Source of the DNA: Eledone cirrhosa | Taxonomy: Eukaryota | Reading direction: 5' to 3' | DNA length: 55,380 bases | NCBI GenBank assembly: GCA_964016885.1 | Contig: CAXHJY010000792.1 | Coordinates: forward strand, 1 to 55,380 | Shown: one piece after another, positions 1-14,816 of the stretch | Layout of the letters: the number at the start of each line of letters is the position of its first letter | Position numbering within the stretch: the stretch's first letter is position 1 | The notes under the pieces: generated by a model | Databases searched by the model: none | What the model was told of the DNA's origin: nothing | What the model saw: only the letters and a program-made list of their open reading frames with translations | Program-made: the position numbers and the translations under genes

Positions 1-116
1 CAGAGTTTTCAAGTCCCGGGCTGGACTAAAAGTCACACTCGTTCAGCGCATCAGTAGGGGTTCTCCTACATGGATATAAAGTAGTGGCCGTACTAGAAAA
101 CTAGTTGGCAGCCACC

Positions 117-117
<1 letters not shown>
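1..117 (+). mobile_element. 3' end of a non-autonomous RTE-derived retroelement (cut by the window edge)
   Basis: Matches the 3' end of the 30774-31383 copy: C2H2-finger remnant (..[10 protein letters not shown]), a terminal hairpin, then (TA)n. Confidence 0.7.
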
Positions 118-152
<35 letters not shown>

Positions 153-177
153 ATATATATATATGCATGTATGTATG

Positions 178-210
<33 letters not shown>

Positions 211-217
211 GTATATA

Positions 218-278
<61 letters not shown>

Positions 279-289
279 GTATATATATT

Positions 290-366
<77 letters not shown>

Positions 367-374
367 GTATATAT

Positions 375-428
<54 letters not shown>

Positions 429-450
429 GTATATATATATATGTATATAT

Positions 451-514
<64 letters not shown>

Positions 515-522
515 GTATATAT

Positions 523-598
<76 letters not shown>

Positions 599-622
599 AT
601 ATATACATATATATATATATAC

Positions 623-672
<50 letters not shown>

Positions 673-696
673 GTATATATATATATATGTATATAT

Positions 697-784
<88 letters not shown>

Positions 785-792
785 ATATATAC

Positions 793-872
<80 letters not shown>

Positions 873-876
873 ATAT
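118..876. repeat. Interrupted (TA)n microsatellite
   Basis: TA dinucleotide with TG/CA interruptions. Confidence 0.98.
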
Positions 877-1467
877 CTTTAAGTCGTTTGGAAGCCTCGA
901 CAATGCAGATGGGTAAATCTCCGGGTAACAAGATCCGGTGGTAGAGAGAGAGATGTAAGTGGGTGTACGTTGAGATGCGTGGTGTGTATAAGACGTCTAG
1001 AAGAATGAAGGAAAGAGTATAAAGGATAAAATAAAAATAACAATACGAGAGAGAGTTACCTTGAGAGAGATTTAATTGTCCCTATATATTTCGGATTCAC
1101 ATCCATCAACTGGGGTTTTTTTCCGGTGTGGGGGAAAGGTTGTCTGTCGGAAAGGTGCGAAACGCGTCCTCCGCTGTTTGTTATTTTGAATATCTGAGGT
1201 ATTCAGCAGAGGGCGCGTGCGCGTGAAATGGGGTCGGTCGGGCAGAGGTCAGCGGCCGAATGAGGGAGTGGGGTGTCGCTAGCTGTCAGTCCATTCTCTG
1301 CCTGTTTGTTGAATGTTACTGTGTGCGTGCGTGTATTGTTGTCTCGCTTGAGTGTGTGTGTGTGTTCGTGTGTTGTTGCCTTGTTCCTCTGTATTGGCAG
1401 TGTAGTATGTTCGTATGGTGGAATGCTACTGTGTGTGTGTGCGTGTGCGTGTGTAGTTGTCTACCTG

Positions 1468-3235
1468 TTAGATTAATCGCCCCCTCTAAATCAGATCTGG
1501 GGATTGTTATTAAAGCCATCTTAGATAGAATTATCCCACAGTTTCGTTCTAATTGCTCTTCTTTGAACTTAAGTTTATGGTTTGGTACTTTTGAAGTGAT
1601 TGGCTGGTTCAACAAATTGAATAATAAAAACAAACTAAAATTTGTTCAATTTGATATTGCCAGCTACTATTCTTCTATTTCGCCTTCACTTCTCAACAAT
1701 GCTCTATCTTTCGCATTTAAATATTCTGACATCACCACAGATGAACTTCACATCATTCTCACCGCACGTAAAACCATCCTAGAGTTCAACAATGAATATT
1801 GGACCAGAGCTGATACCTCTAACAACTTCGACATCACAGTGGGAGCATCCGATTCATCCCAATTGACAGATTTAATTGGTATCTTTATTTTGAACTCTTT
1901 GAGTCGGAAAATTCCTCAACTTCGCGGTGGAATTTATCGTGACGATGGACTCTTTACTATCTTAAATTGCAACATAGTTAACCTTAATATTATTAAGAAC
2001 AATATACGTAATCTCTTTAACCAACATAACCTAAAAATTGAATTTGATAACAGCATCAAACTAGCTAATTTCTTGGATGTATCTCTTAATCTTGACACTG
2101 GCCTATATTACTCTTACCATAAAAACAATGAGAACCTAAATTATGTTAATTTTAAATCTAACCACCCCACTAATATTAAGAATGCTATAGTTAGTAATAT
2201 TGGAAAAAGAATATCTAACCTATCTTCTAATAAAAACATCTTTGATGCTAACGCCAATTACTATAATAACGCGCTTTCTAAAGCCGGCTATCCTGATAAA
2301 ATCAAATATAGTAAAGAAACAAATTCTAGAAGATCTTACAGTCGAATAATTAATCATGATCATTCCAATAACTTTAATAAAAGACCTAGATACAAAAAAC
2401 ATAATCTGGTATAATGCTCCTTTCTCCATCTCTATTAATAATAATATTCCTAAATTATTCTTTACTGCCTTAAATAAATGCTTCCCTCCCTCACATATCT
2501 ATAGTAAAATATTTAACAAACACACTATAAAATTTTCCTATTCGACATCCTCCAATATTTCCAACATTATCTCTAAACACAACAATAAAATACTAAATAC
2601 TAAATCTCTTCCTTCCAACACTGAATATCATAATAATAGTAATAGTACTCCCGACGTCATTGTAAACTCTAGGCTAATTTCTGCAAACCCAAATACAACG
2701 TCAAACACAACTTCGCTAAATGTTCTTAATCCCATTCTAAATCAAGAAACAATTATTCCTATCGTAAATAACCTATACAATCCAATTCCTTCTATAGATA
2801 ACACTAGGTCACTCGTTAATAATCTCTCTAATCGCAATTATAATTGCCGTGTTAAAAATAAATGTCCTCTCAACAACCATTGTCTTGATAAAAACTTAAT
2901 CTACGAATGTAAAGTTATAACTGACACCAATTCCTTCACCTATTTTGGCTCCACTTCCACCTCTTTTTAAGCTCGTCTTTGAAATACCAACTTAAAAGAA
3001 CCAACACGGCTCTCTCAGAACTCATATGGTCCTTGAAAGACAAAAATATTAAATATAACATCTCTTGGAAAAAGGTTTCTTCTTGAACAGTTCTCTATCT
3101 AAGACTTGCAATCTCTGTCTAAATGAAAAATTTACCATTATATCTAATTTAGATTCTATAATAAATAGATGCACTGACTTGTTTTCTCTCTGCTTACATA
3201 AATTCCACAGAACATTCCATAAAGTATACAGCTAA
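1468..3235 (+). pseudogene. PLE reverse transcriptase / GIY-YIG endonuclease, frameshifted
   Basis: ORF 1260-2414 contains QFDIASYY, FDITVGA, GIYRDDG, NFLDVSL and SNHP. ORF 2356-2970 contains WYNAPF, NCRVKNKCPLNNHCL and LIY..YFG. Frameshift near 2400 and stop at 2968. Confidence 0.85.
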
Positions 3236-3662
3236 TATCCAATACTTTATCAATTTAGAATCCTTTTCTCAAAGGCACATATATATATATACTTCTTTAA
3301 AAATATACCCATCTTTCTACCTTATTTCAAAGTTATTTATTATACATTATATAATACTTGTTACTCATTCTATATCACTCCTATTTATCACTTCCCTTTC
3401 TTCCTTTTCCTTTTATTTTCTTTTTTCTTTTAATTTCTAACCCCTAATCTGTACCTTTTCTCACTGTGCCTAACATAGAAACAATTATTACACAATACAA
3501 TATATTCTTACTTTATATCACCTTGAAAAAATCCTTCGTAAACATAAACATTTTTTGACGTTAGATTATTCATCCTCAATTCATTATTTTTTTCTCCTTT
3601 TCATCCCATCTTCTACTTTTTTCACAATATATCCTTACTTACATTACCTTTGCTATTTTTAA

Positions 3663-3836
3663 TAATACATATCAACATTTTCTTTCCATCGTACATATTA
3701 TTAAACCCTTAAATATTATTCTTAATACATATTAACATTTTCTTTCCATCGCACATATTATTAAACCCTTAAATATTATTCTTAATACATATTAACAATT
3801 TCTTTTCATCGCACATATTATTAAACCCTTCAATAT
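3663..3836 (+). repeat. 60-bp tandem repeat (~2.9 copies) in the PLE #1 3' UTR
   Basis: taatacatat(c/t)aacattttctttccatcg..ttaaaccctt recurs at a 60-bp period. Confidence 0.9.
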
Positions 3837-4183
3837 ACAAACCTTAACTTTAGATTATTTTTCTCTTCGTTAATTTTCAAATTCTTTTAATTTATACATT
3901 AACTTCCAACGGTTTTTCAACCTCTCTATGTAAAACAATATATTTTTCTCAGTTATAAAAGCTATCTCTCTCTCTCTATCACCCATCTCTCCTCCTATCT
4001 CATCCTTCCTCATTATACTCCTCCCCCTCCACTTTTTACTCTCATCTCCTCCTCTTTTGCATCCTTTCCAACCTCCCCCCCCCCCTCAAATTTTTTTTCC
4101 CAATGTCACATATCAATCTAAAACTACTTTTCATATGTTGATTTAAAACTGCACTATCCACAAGTGTTTTTTAACCTTTATAT

Positions 4184-4268
4184 CATGTCTTCCTATTTTA
4201 CCTGATGAAAACACAAATGTTATTGCATGATGATATTTGTTTTTGAAATGCGCATAATAAAATACATG
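4184..4268 (+). ncRNA. Type I hammerhead ribozyme
   Basis: Stem I tatttta/taaaata; CTGATGA 4202-4208; stem II acaaatgtta/tgatatttgt; GAAA 4245-4248; palindromic ATGCGCAT stem III; AUA cleavage site. Confidence 0.75.
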
Positions 4269-4387
4269 GAACTCTTTTAACCATCTTTTGATCTTATATA
4301 TTATGTATACTCCAGTCCTACAAACTGTAGAGTGCTTCTTATCCGATATCTGCATTGCTTTATTGTACTACAATAAAACTCACCTCC

Positions 4388-4455
<68 letters not shown>

Positions 4456-4676
4456 ATACAATAACAGAGATAGTTTAAAGCTAAACTCTGTCAGGTAACC
4501 ATCTCACTCAACAAACATTAGGTTATATTAAAATATAAACCCAATTTAAGTGTTTGGGGTGCTAACAATATGTATAATGTGGAAAAACCAGTTGTATTAT
4601 TTTATGAGATATAATTAAAGTTAAAGTATATCTCTCTTTCCAAACAATTGTTTCATTATAAGTTTTCTACAAGTTT

Positions 4677-4767
4677 GGGAGAATGTTTCCAGTTTATGTA
4701 GAAGCCTAATATATATTCATGTAAGAATATATTTAGGTGGGCACTTATAAATCATCAGTGGAAGCCC
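4677..4767 (-). ncRNA. Degenerate hammerhead-like motif
   Basis: Minus strand has CTGATGA (4752-4758), a long hairpin cctaaatatattc/gaatatatattagg and GAAAC-ATT-CTC. Stems I and III pair poorly. Confidence 0.35.
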
Positions 4768-4806
4768 ATTAAACATTGATATAAGAAAACAATTTCTTAC
4801 CGCTGT

Positions 4807-5243
<437 letters not shown>

Positions 5244-5244
5244 T

Positions 5245-5990
5245 TTCGTTTCTGAATTTGTTTAGCAAGATTCTGCATACGGTGGATGAAGTGTTGTATG
5301 TGTCTCTCTAGTTCTTCGGGGTTGCACATGCGGGACACGTTTCTCATCACCCGTACCAAATCCGCAATCAGTATGTTGATTTTGGTATGGTCCGAAACAG
5401 CTGTGTTTCGGTGGATCAGATATTTGGAAGTCATGGGTTTGGCATAATGGGAATGGAGGATTTGTTTTTTGTTATTAATGGTATCTAACCAGAGCTCTGT
5501 CTCTAGTACAGGTAATCGGTGGTTGGGGTGTTTGCTTGGGTAGTCTATAGTAACTCTAATACTCTGGTGGATGGAGTTAGCTATTTGCTGGATGCTTTCC
5601 ATTGTGTTTTTCTCTAATTCCTGACTGTTCTCTGGTGGGGGTGTTTTAACTACGATGTTTATATCATCAACGTAGCGGAATACATTATCAGGGTTAAGGG
5701 GTCTTCTAATTGTTCTTTAAGTTTAAGTTTAAGTCTACTGTCCTACCATACCATGAATAAGTTAGCTATGTCGCCTGCAATGCTAACACCAATGGCTGCT
5801 CCCTCCTCTTGGGCATATGTTTTTCCATTAAATTTGAACATATGTTCCTTAAGGGTTAATTTTATGCTGGCCCCCACCGCATGTGCAACCATTTTCTTTA
5901 GTTCATCTTGGTTTTCGGGGGTCCGTATGGCTCTGGTCCACCCGTTCCATCTATCTGTGTGGGTTTTCTCAAACTTACCTATAGTAATAA
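5245..5990 (-). pseudogene. PLE reverse transcriptase fragment (inverted 5' part)
   Basis: Minus-strand translation gives [46 protein letters not shown] and [11 protein letters not shown]. Confidence 0.8.
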
Positions 5991-7210
<1,220 letters not shown>

Positions 7211-7211
7211 C

Positions 7212-7545
7212 GGTGGCTGCCAACTCGTTTTCGAGTACGGCCACTACTTTATATCCATGTAGGAGAACCCCTACCGATGCGCTGAACGAGTGTGACTTTT
7301 TGGTCCAGCCAGCAACTTGAAAATCTGGTACAAACACGACACTTGTGACAATTATTGGCACATAGTGCTGGGCCCATGGTATCATGTGACGACAAGTGCA
7401 GAGAGATCTCCAGATATAAAGCAATGCCTGTGCTGTGAAGCTTTTATAGTGAGCAAAGGCACTGCACCAAGCCAGTCCCACTCTCTTAACCAAGATGATA
7501 TTTAGCAAAAAGAAGAACAAGTCAACATCATTGGATCCATCAGGG
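7212..7545 (-). mobile_element. 5'-truncated RTE-derived non-autonomous element
   Basis: Reverse complement of the 3' half of 30774-31383. Confidence 0.75.
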
Positions 7546-7627
7546 AATATATATATATATATATACATATATATGGAACATTATATTATGTAACATTCTC
7601 TCATTGTTCTAATTTATATTCCGTTGA

Positions 7628-7749
7628 AGTTCCGATGAGACGCTCTGTCTTTTACATATGTTAATTATTTTCAACTGAACCAGATCAATTATGACATATA
7701 GTCATCTGATCGAGAAATATTATATGGAGTAACGAAACAATTGTAAACT
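7628..7749 (+). ncRNA. Hammerhead with variant core (CCGATGA) and ~95-nt stem II, in an isolated PLE-type 3' end
   Basis: Stem I agtt/aact; CCGATGA 7632-7638; gctctgt/atggagt; GAAAC-AATT-GTA 7734-7745. Confidence 0.6.
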
Positions 7750-7990
7750 GACATTATTATTATTAATATTATTATTATTATTATTCTCTACATTCCTTAC
7801 ATCAAACTAAAACATGTTGACAATCTTTTAATAATGTCTTCCTTGTGAAATTTGTGGTCTTGTTTTGCTTAACTAATGAATATATATATGAATATAGACA
7901 TAGAATATTCGAAAATATTCTGTATGTTTATAATAAACATTTTGAAGACCTAATCGCTATAGAATAGAATACGTCACGTATTACAATTAG

Positions 7991-8079
7991 ATTCTCGATA
8001 AAAGCAAGGGAAGTAATCTACGCGTTTCATTCTTGTTAGAAATCTTCAGGACTACATATCCAGTGCTTTTATCGAGAAT
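7991..8079 (-). ncRNA. Type I hammerhead, first of 8 minus-strand copies (period 310, last core at 10213)
   Basis: Reverse complement of 10534-10622. Confidence 0.85.
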
Positions 8080-10533
8080 GACACAGCTAGAGACTTATAG
8101 AATACTTAGATGTGTACAGGAACTGGTTTGAAAGAGCGGTTGCCGGTCCGGCAGAAATTAGAAATTGGAATAAATGCTCTGAAATAGCGATATATATGTG
8201 AATATAGACATAGAATATTCGAAAATATTCTGTATGTTTATAATAAACATTTTGAAGACCTAATCGCTATAGAATAGAATACGTCACGTATTACAATTAG
8301 ATTCTCGATAAAAGCAAGGGAAGTAATCTACGCGTTTCATTCTTGTTAGAAATCTTCAGGACTACATATCCAGTGCTTTTATCGAGAATGACACAGCTAG
8401 AGACTTATAGAATACTTAGATGTGTACAGGAACTGGTTTGAAAGAGCGGTTGCCGGTCCGGCAGAAATTAGAAATTGGAATAAATGCTCTGAAATAGCGA
8501 TATATATGTGAATATAGACATAGAATATTCGAAAATATTCTGTATGTTTATAATAAACATTTTGAAGACCTAATCGCTATAGAATAGAATACGTCACGTA
8601 TTACAATTAGATTCTCGATAAAAGCAAGGGAAGTAATCTACGCGTTTCATTCTTGTTAGAAATCTTCAGGACTACATATCCAGTGCTTTTATCGAGAATG
8701 ACACAGCTAGAGACTTATAGAATACTTAGATGTGTACAGGAACTGGTTTGAAAGAGCGGTTGCCGGTCCGGCAGAAATTAGAAATTGGAATAAATGCTCT
8801 GAAATAGCGATATATATGTGAATATAGACATAGAATATTCGAAAATATTCTGTATGTTTATAATAAACATTTTGAAGACCTAATCGCTATAGAATAGAAT
8901 ACGTCACGTATTACAATTAGATTCTCGATAAAAGCAAGGGAAGTAATCTACGCGTTTCATTCTTGTTAGAAATCTTCAGGACTACATATCCAGTGCTTTT
9001 ATCGAGAATGACACAGCTAGAGACTTATAGAATACTTAGATGTGTACAGGAACTGGTTTGAAAGAGCGGTTGCCGGTCCGGCAGAAATTAGAAATTGGAA
9101 TAAATGCTCTGAAATAGCGATATATATGTGAATATAGACATAGAATATTCGAAAATATTCTGTATGTTTATAATAAACATTTTGAAGACCTAATCGCTAT
9201 AGAATAGAATACGTCACGTATTACAATTAGATTCTCGATAAAAGCAAGGGAAGTAATCTACGCGTTTCATTCTTGTTAGAAATCTTCAGGACTACATATC
9301 CAGTGCTTTTATCGAGAATGACACAGCTAGAGACTTATAGAATACTTAGATGTGTACAGGAACTGGTTTGAAAGAGCGGTTGCCGGTCCGGCAGAAATTA
9401 GAAATTGGAATAAATGCTCTGAAATAGCGATATATATGTGAATATAGACATAGAATATTCGAAAATATTCTGTATGTTTATAATAAACATTTTGAAGACC
9501 TAATCGCTATAGAATAGAATACGTCACGTATTACAATTAGATTCTCGATAAAAGCAAGGGAAGTAATCTACGCGTTTCATTCTTGTTAGAAATCTTCAGG
9601 ACTACATATCCAGTGCTTTTATCGAGAATGACACAGCTAGAGACTTATAGAATACTTAGATGTGTACAGGAACTGGTTTGAAAGAGCGGTTGCCGGTCCG
9701 GCAGAAATTAGAAATTGGAATAAATGCTCTGAAATAGCGATATATATGTGAATATAGACATAGAATATTCGAAAATATTCTGTATGTTTATAATAAACAT
9801 TTTGAAGACCTAATCGCTATAGAATAGAATACGTCACGTATTACAATTAGATTCTCGATAAAAGCAAGGGAAGTAATCTACGCGTTTCATTCTTGTTAGA
9901 AATCTTCAGGACTACATATCCAGTGCTTTTATCGAGAATGACACAGCTAGAGACTTATAGAATACTTAGATGTGTACAGGAACTGGTTTGAAAGAGCGGT
10001 TGCCGGTCCGGCAGAAATTAGAAATTGGAATAAATGCTCTGAAATAGCGATATATATGTGAATATAGACATAGAATATTCGAAAATATTCTGTATGTTTA
10101 TAATAAACATTTTGAAGACCTAATCGCTATAGAATAGAATACGTCACGTATTACAATTAGATTCTCGATAAAAGCAAGGGAAGTAATCTACGCGTTTCAT
10201 TCTTGTTAGAAATCTTCAGGACTACATATCCAGTGCTTTTATCGAGAATGACACAGCTAGAGACTTATAGAATACTTAGATGTGTACAGGAACTGGTTTG
10301 AAAGAGCGGTTGCCGGTCCGGCAGAAATTAGAAATTGGAATAAATGCTCTGAAATAGCGATATATATGTGAATATAGACATAGAATATTTTCGAATATTC
10401 TATGTCTATATTCACATATATATCGCTATTTCAGAGCATTTATTCCAATTTCTAATTTCTGCCGGACCGGCAACCGCTCTTTCAAACCAGTTCCTGTACA
10501 CATCTAAGTATTCTATAAGTCTCTAGCTGTGTC

Positions 10534-10622
10534 ATTCTCGATAAAAGCACTGGATATGTAGTCCTGAAGATTTCTAACAAGAATGAAACGCGTAGATTAC
10601 TTCCCTTGCTTTTATCGAGAAT
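10534..10622 (+). ncRNA. Type I hammerhead, first of 11 plus-strand copies (cores 10564 to 13664)
   Basis: 16-bp outer helix attctcgataaaagca/tgcttttatcgagaat; stem I gtagtc/gattac; CTGAAGA 10564-10570; stem II ttct-aaca-agaa; GAAAC-GC-GTA, with predicted cleavage after 10594. Confidence 0.88.
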
Positions 10623-13600
10623 CTAATTGTAATACGTGACGTATTCTATTCTATAGCGATTAGGTCTTCAAAATGTTTATTATAAACATACAGAATATTT
10701 TCGAATATTCTATGTCTATATTCACATATATATCGCTATTTCAGAGCATTTATTCCAATTTCTAATTTCTGCCGGACCGGCAACCGCTCTTTCAAACCAG
10801 TTCCTGTACACATCTAAGTATTCTATAAGTCTCTAGCTGTGTCATTCTCGATAAAAGCACTGGATATGTAGTCCTGAAGATTTCTAACAAGAATGAAACG
10901 CGTAGATTACTTCCCTTGCTTTTATCGAGAATCTAATTGTAATACGTGACGTATTCTATTCTATAGCGATTAGGTCTTCAAAATGTTTATTATAAACATA
11001 CAGAATATTTTCGAATATTCTATGTCTATATTCACATATATATCGCTATTTCAGAGCATTTATTCCAATTTCTAATTTCTGCCGGACCGGCAACCGCTCT
11101 TTCAAACCAGTTCCTGTACACATCTAAGTATTCTATAAGTCTCTAGCTGTGTCATTCTCGATAAAAGCACTGGATATGTAGTCCTGAAGATTTCTAACAA
11201 GAATGAAACGCGTAGATTACTTCCCTTGCTTTTATCGAGAATCTAATTGTAATACGTGACGTATTCTATTCTATAGCGATTAGGTCTTCAAAATGTTTAT
11301 TATAAACATACAGAATATTTTCGAATATTCTATGTCTATATTCACATATATATCGCTATTTCAGAGCATTTATTCCAATTTCTAATTTCTGCCGGACCGG
11401 CAACCGCTCTTTCAAACCAGTTCCTGTACACATCTAAGTATTCTATAAGTCTCTAGCTGTGTCATTCTCGATAAAAGCACTGGATATGTAGTCCTGAAGA
11501 TTTCTAACAAGAATGAAACGCGTAGATTACTTCCCTTGCTTTTATCGAGAATCTAATTGTAATACGTGACGTATTCTATTCTATAGCGATTAGGTCTTCA
11601 AAATGTTTATTATAAACATACAGAATATTTTCGAATATTCTATGTCTATATTCACATATATATCGCTATTTCAGAGCATTTATTCCAATTTCTAATTTCT
11701 GCCGGACCGGCAACCGCTCTTTCAAACCAGTTCCTGTACACATCTAAGTATTCTATAAGTCTCTAGCTGTGTCATTCTCGATAAAAGCACTGGATATGTA
11801 GTCCTGAAGATTTCTAACAAGAATGAAACGCGTAGATTACTTCCCTTGCTTTTATCGAGAATCTAATTGTAATACGTGACGTATTCTATTCTATAGCGAT
11901 TAGGTCTTCAAAATGTTTATTATAAACATACAGAATATTTTCGAATATTCTATGTCTATATTCACATATATATCGCTATTTCAGAGCATTTATTCCAATT
12001 TCTAATTTCTGCCGGACCGGCAACCGCTCTTTCAAACCAGTTCCTGTACACATCTAAGTATTCTATAAGTCTCTAGCTGTGTCATTCTCGATAAAAGCAC
12101 TGGATATGTAGTCCTGAAGATTTCTAACAAGAATGAAACGCGTAGATTACTTCCCTTGCTTTTATCGAGAATCTAATTGTAATACGTGACGTATTCTATT
12201 CTATAGCGATTAGGTCTTCAAAATGTTTATTATAAACATACAGAATATTTTCGAATATTCTATGTCTATATTCACATATATATCGCTATTTCAGAGCATT
12301 TATTCCAATTTCTAATTTCTGCCGGACCGGCAACCGCTCTTTCAAACCAGTTCCTGTACACATCTAAGTATTCTATAAGTCTCTAGCTGTGTCATTCTCG
12401 ATAAAAGCACTGGATATGTAGTCCTGAAGATTTCTAACAAGAATGAAACGCGTAGATTACTTCCCTTGCTTTTATCGAGAATCTAATTGTAATACGTGAC
12501 GTATTCTATTCTATAGCGATTAGGTCTTCAAAATGTTTATTATAAACATACAGAATATTTTCGAATATTCTATGTCTATATTCACATATATATCGCTATT
12601 TCAGAGCATTTATTCCAATTTCTAATTTCTGCCGGACCGGCAACCGCTCTTTCAAACCAGTTCCTGTACACATCTAAGTATTCTATAAGTCTCTAGCTGT
12701 GTCATTCTCGATAAAAGCACTGGATATGTAGTCCTGAAGATTTCTAACAAGAATGAAACGCGTAGATTACTTCCCTTGCTTTTATCGAGAATCTAATTGT
12801 AATACGTGACGTATTCTATTCTATAGCGATTAGGTCTTCAAAATGTTTATTATAAACATACAGAATATTTTCGAATATTCTATGTCTATATTCACATATA
12901 TATCGCTATTTCAGAGCATTTATTCCAATTTCTAATTTCTGCCGGACCGGCAACCGCTCTTTCAAACCAGTTCCTGTACACATCTAAGTATTCTATAAGT
13001 CTCTAGCTGTGTCATTCTCGATAAAAGCACTGGATATGTAGTCCTGAAGATTTCTAACAAGAATGAAACGCGTAGATTACTTCCCTTGCTTTTATCGAGA
13101 ATCTAATTGTAATACGTGACGTATTCTATTCTATAGCGATTAGGTCTTCAAAATGTTTATTATAAACATACAGAATATTTTCGAATATTCTATGTCTATA
13201 TTCACATATATATCGCTATTTCAGAGCATTTATTCCAATTTCTAATTTCTGCCGGACCGGCAACCGCTCTTTCAAACCAGTTCCTGTACACATCTAAGTA
13301 TTCTATAAGTCTCTAGCTGTGTCATTCTCGATAAAAGCACTGGATATGTAGTCCTGAAGATTTCTAACAAGAATGAAACGCGTAGATTACTTCCCTTGCT
13401 TTTATCGAGAATCTAATTGTAATACGTGACGTATTCTATTCTATAGCGATTAGGTCTTCAAAATGTTTATTATAAACATACAGAATATTTTCGAATATTC
13501 TATGTCTATATTCACATATATATCGCTATTTCAGAGCATTTATTCCAATTTCTAATTTCTGCCGGACCGGCAACCGCTCTTTCAAACCAGTTCCTGTACA

Positions 13601-13864
13601 CATCTAAGTATTCTATAAGTCTCTAGCTGTGTCATTCTCGATAAAAGCACTGGATATGTAGTCCTGAAGATTTCTAACAAGAATGAAACGCGTAGATTAC
13701 TTCCCTTGCTTTTATCGAGAATCTAATTGTAATACGTGACGTATTCTATTCTATAGCGATTAGGTCTTCAAAATGTTTATTATAAACATACAGAATATTT
13801 TCGAATATTCTATGTCTATATTCACATATATATCGCTATTTCAGAGCATTTATTCCAATTTCGA

Positions 13865-14331
<467 letters not shown>

Positions 14332-14485
14332 ATGTGTCAATAATTGTCACAAGTGTAGTGTTTGTACCAGAGTTTTCAAGTCGCTGGCTGGACTAAAAAG
14401 TCACACTCGTTCAGCGCATCGGTAGGGGTTCTCCTACATGGATATAAAGTAGTGGCCGTACTCGAAAACGAGTTGGCAGCCACCA
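14332..14485 (+). mobile_element. 3' fragment of the RTE-derived element
   Basis: Encodes [23 protein letters not shown] (C2H2), followed by the terminal hairpin. Confidence 0.75.
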
Positions 14486-14487
14486 TA

Positions 14488-14552
<65 letters not shown>

Positions 14553-14660
14553 ATGCATATAAATATGTATGTATATACATATATGTATATATATATGTAT
14601 ATATCTATATATATATATATGTGTATATATATATGTATATATATGTATATATATATATAT

Positions 14661-14795
14661 GGTGTCTCGATCTCTTGTCCGGAAAGTCCTCAAGATCCAG
14701 CCAGCGAGTTGTCTGCACATTGTCGCCACTTTCATGATGTGTGAAGAAAAAGATGCATCATCGCTCATGTCTATGCCCAAGTCTCGTATCGAATG
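14661..14795 (-). mobile_element. CR1-type LINE RT fragment
   Basis: [33 protein letters not shown], homologous to the 53031 ORF. Confidence 0.75.
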
Positions 14796-14816
14796 GGAGT
14801 AGCAAACATAGTAACC

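Larger units (their letters stand above)
1468..4390 (+). mobile_element. 5'-truncated Penelope-like element #1 (Hydra-clade-like) with a long 3' UTR/pLTR
   Basis: RT and GIY-YIG remnants, an HHR near the 3' end, AATAAA at about 4372, and termination in (TA)n. Confidence 0.85.
7881..13862. repeat. 310-bp hammerhead-containing tandem array (retrozyme-like), ~19 units, palindromic about 10390-10393
   Basis: aatatagaca recurs at 7891, 8201 ... 10371. Reverse-complement units start at 10401, 10711 ... 13811. No differences seen between full units. Flanked by TA. Confidence 0.95.

Noticed and set aside
877-940. Possible LINE 3' coding fragment on the minus strand ([17 protein letters not shown])
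   Set aside because: Too short to assign without a database search.
1260-1467. N-terminal part of the 384-aa ORF
   Set aside because: TG-rich sequence fused to the truncated PLE by chance; RT similarity begins at RLIAPSKSDLG.
8110-8187. 25-aa [28 protein letters not shown] in each unit, similar to ERLPVQQKLGIRIGVLK in the sister family
   Set aside because: The sister lacks the ATG and has an upstream stop. Apparent synonymous changes appear in several frames and are mostly transitions.
7881-13862. CRISPR array or tandem tRNA/5S/snRNA gene cluster
   Set aside because: There are no variable spacers and no recognisable pol III or snRNA gene sequence. The units are whole-length identical and explained by HHR repeats.
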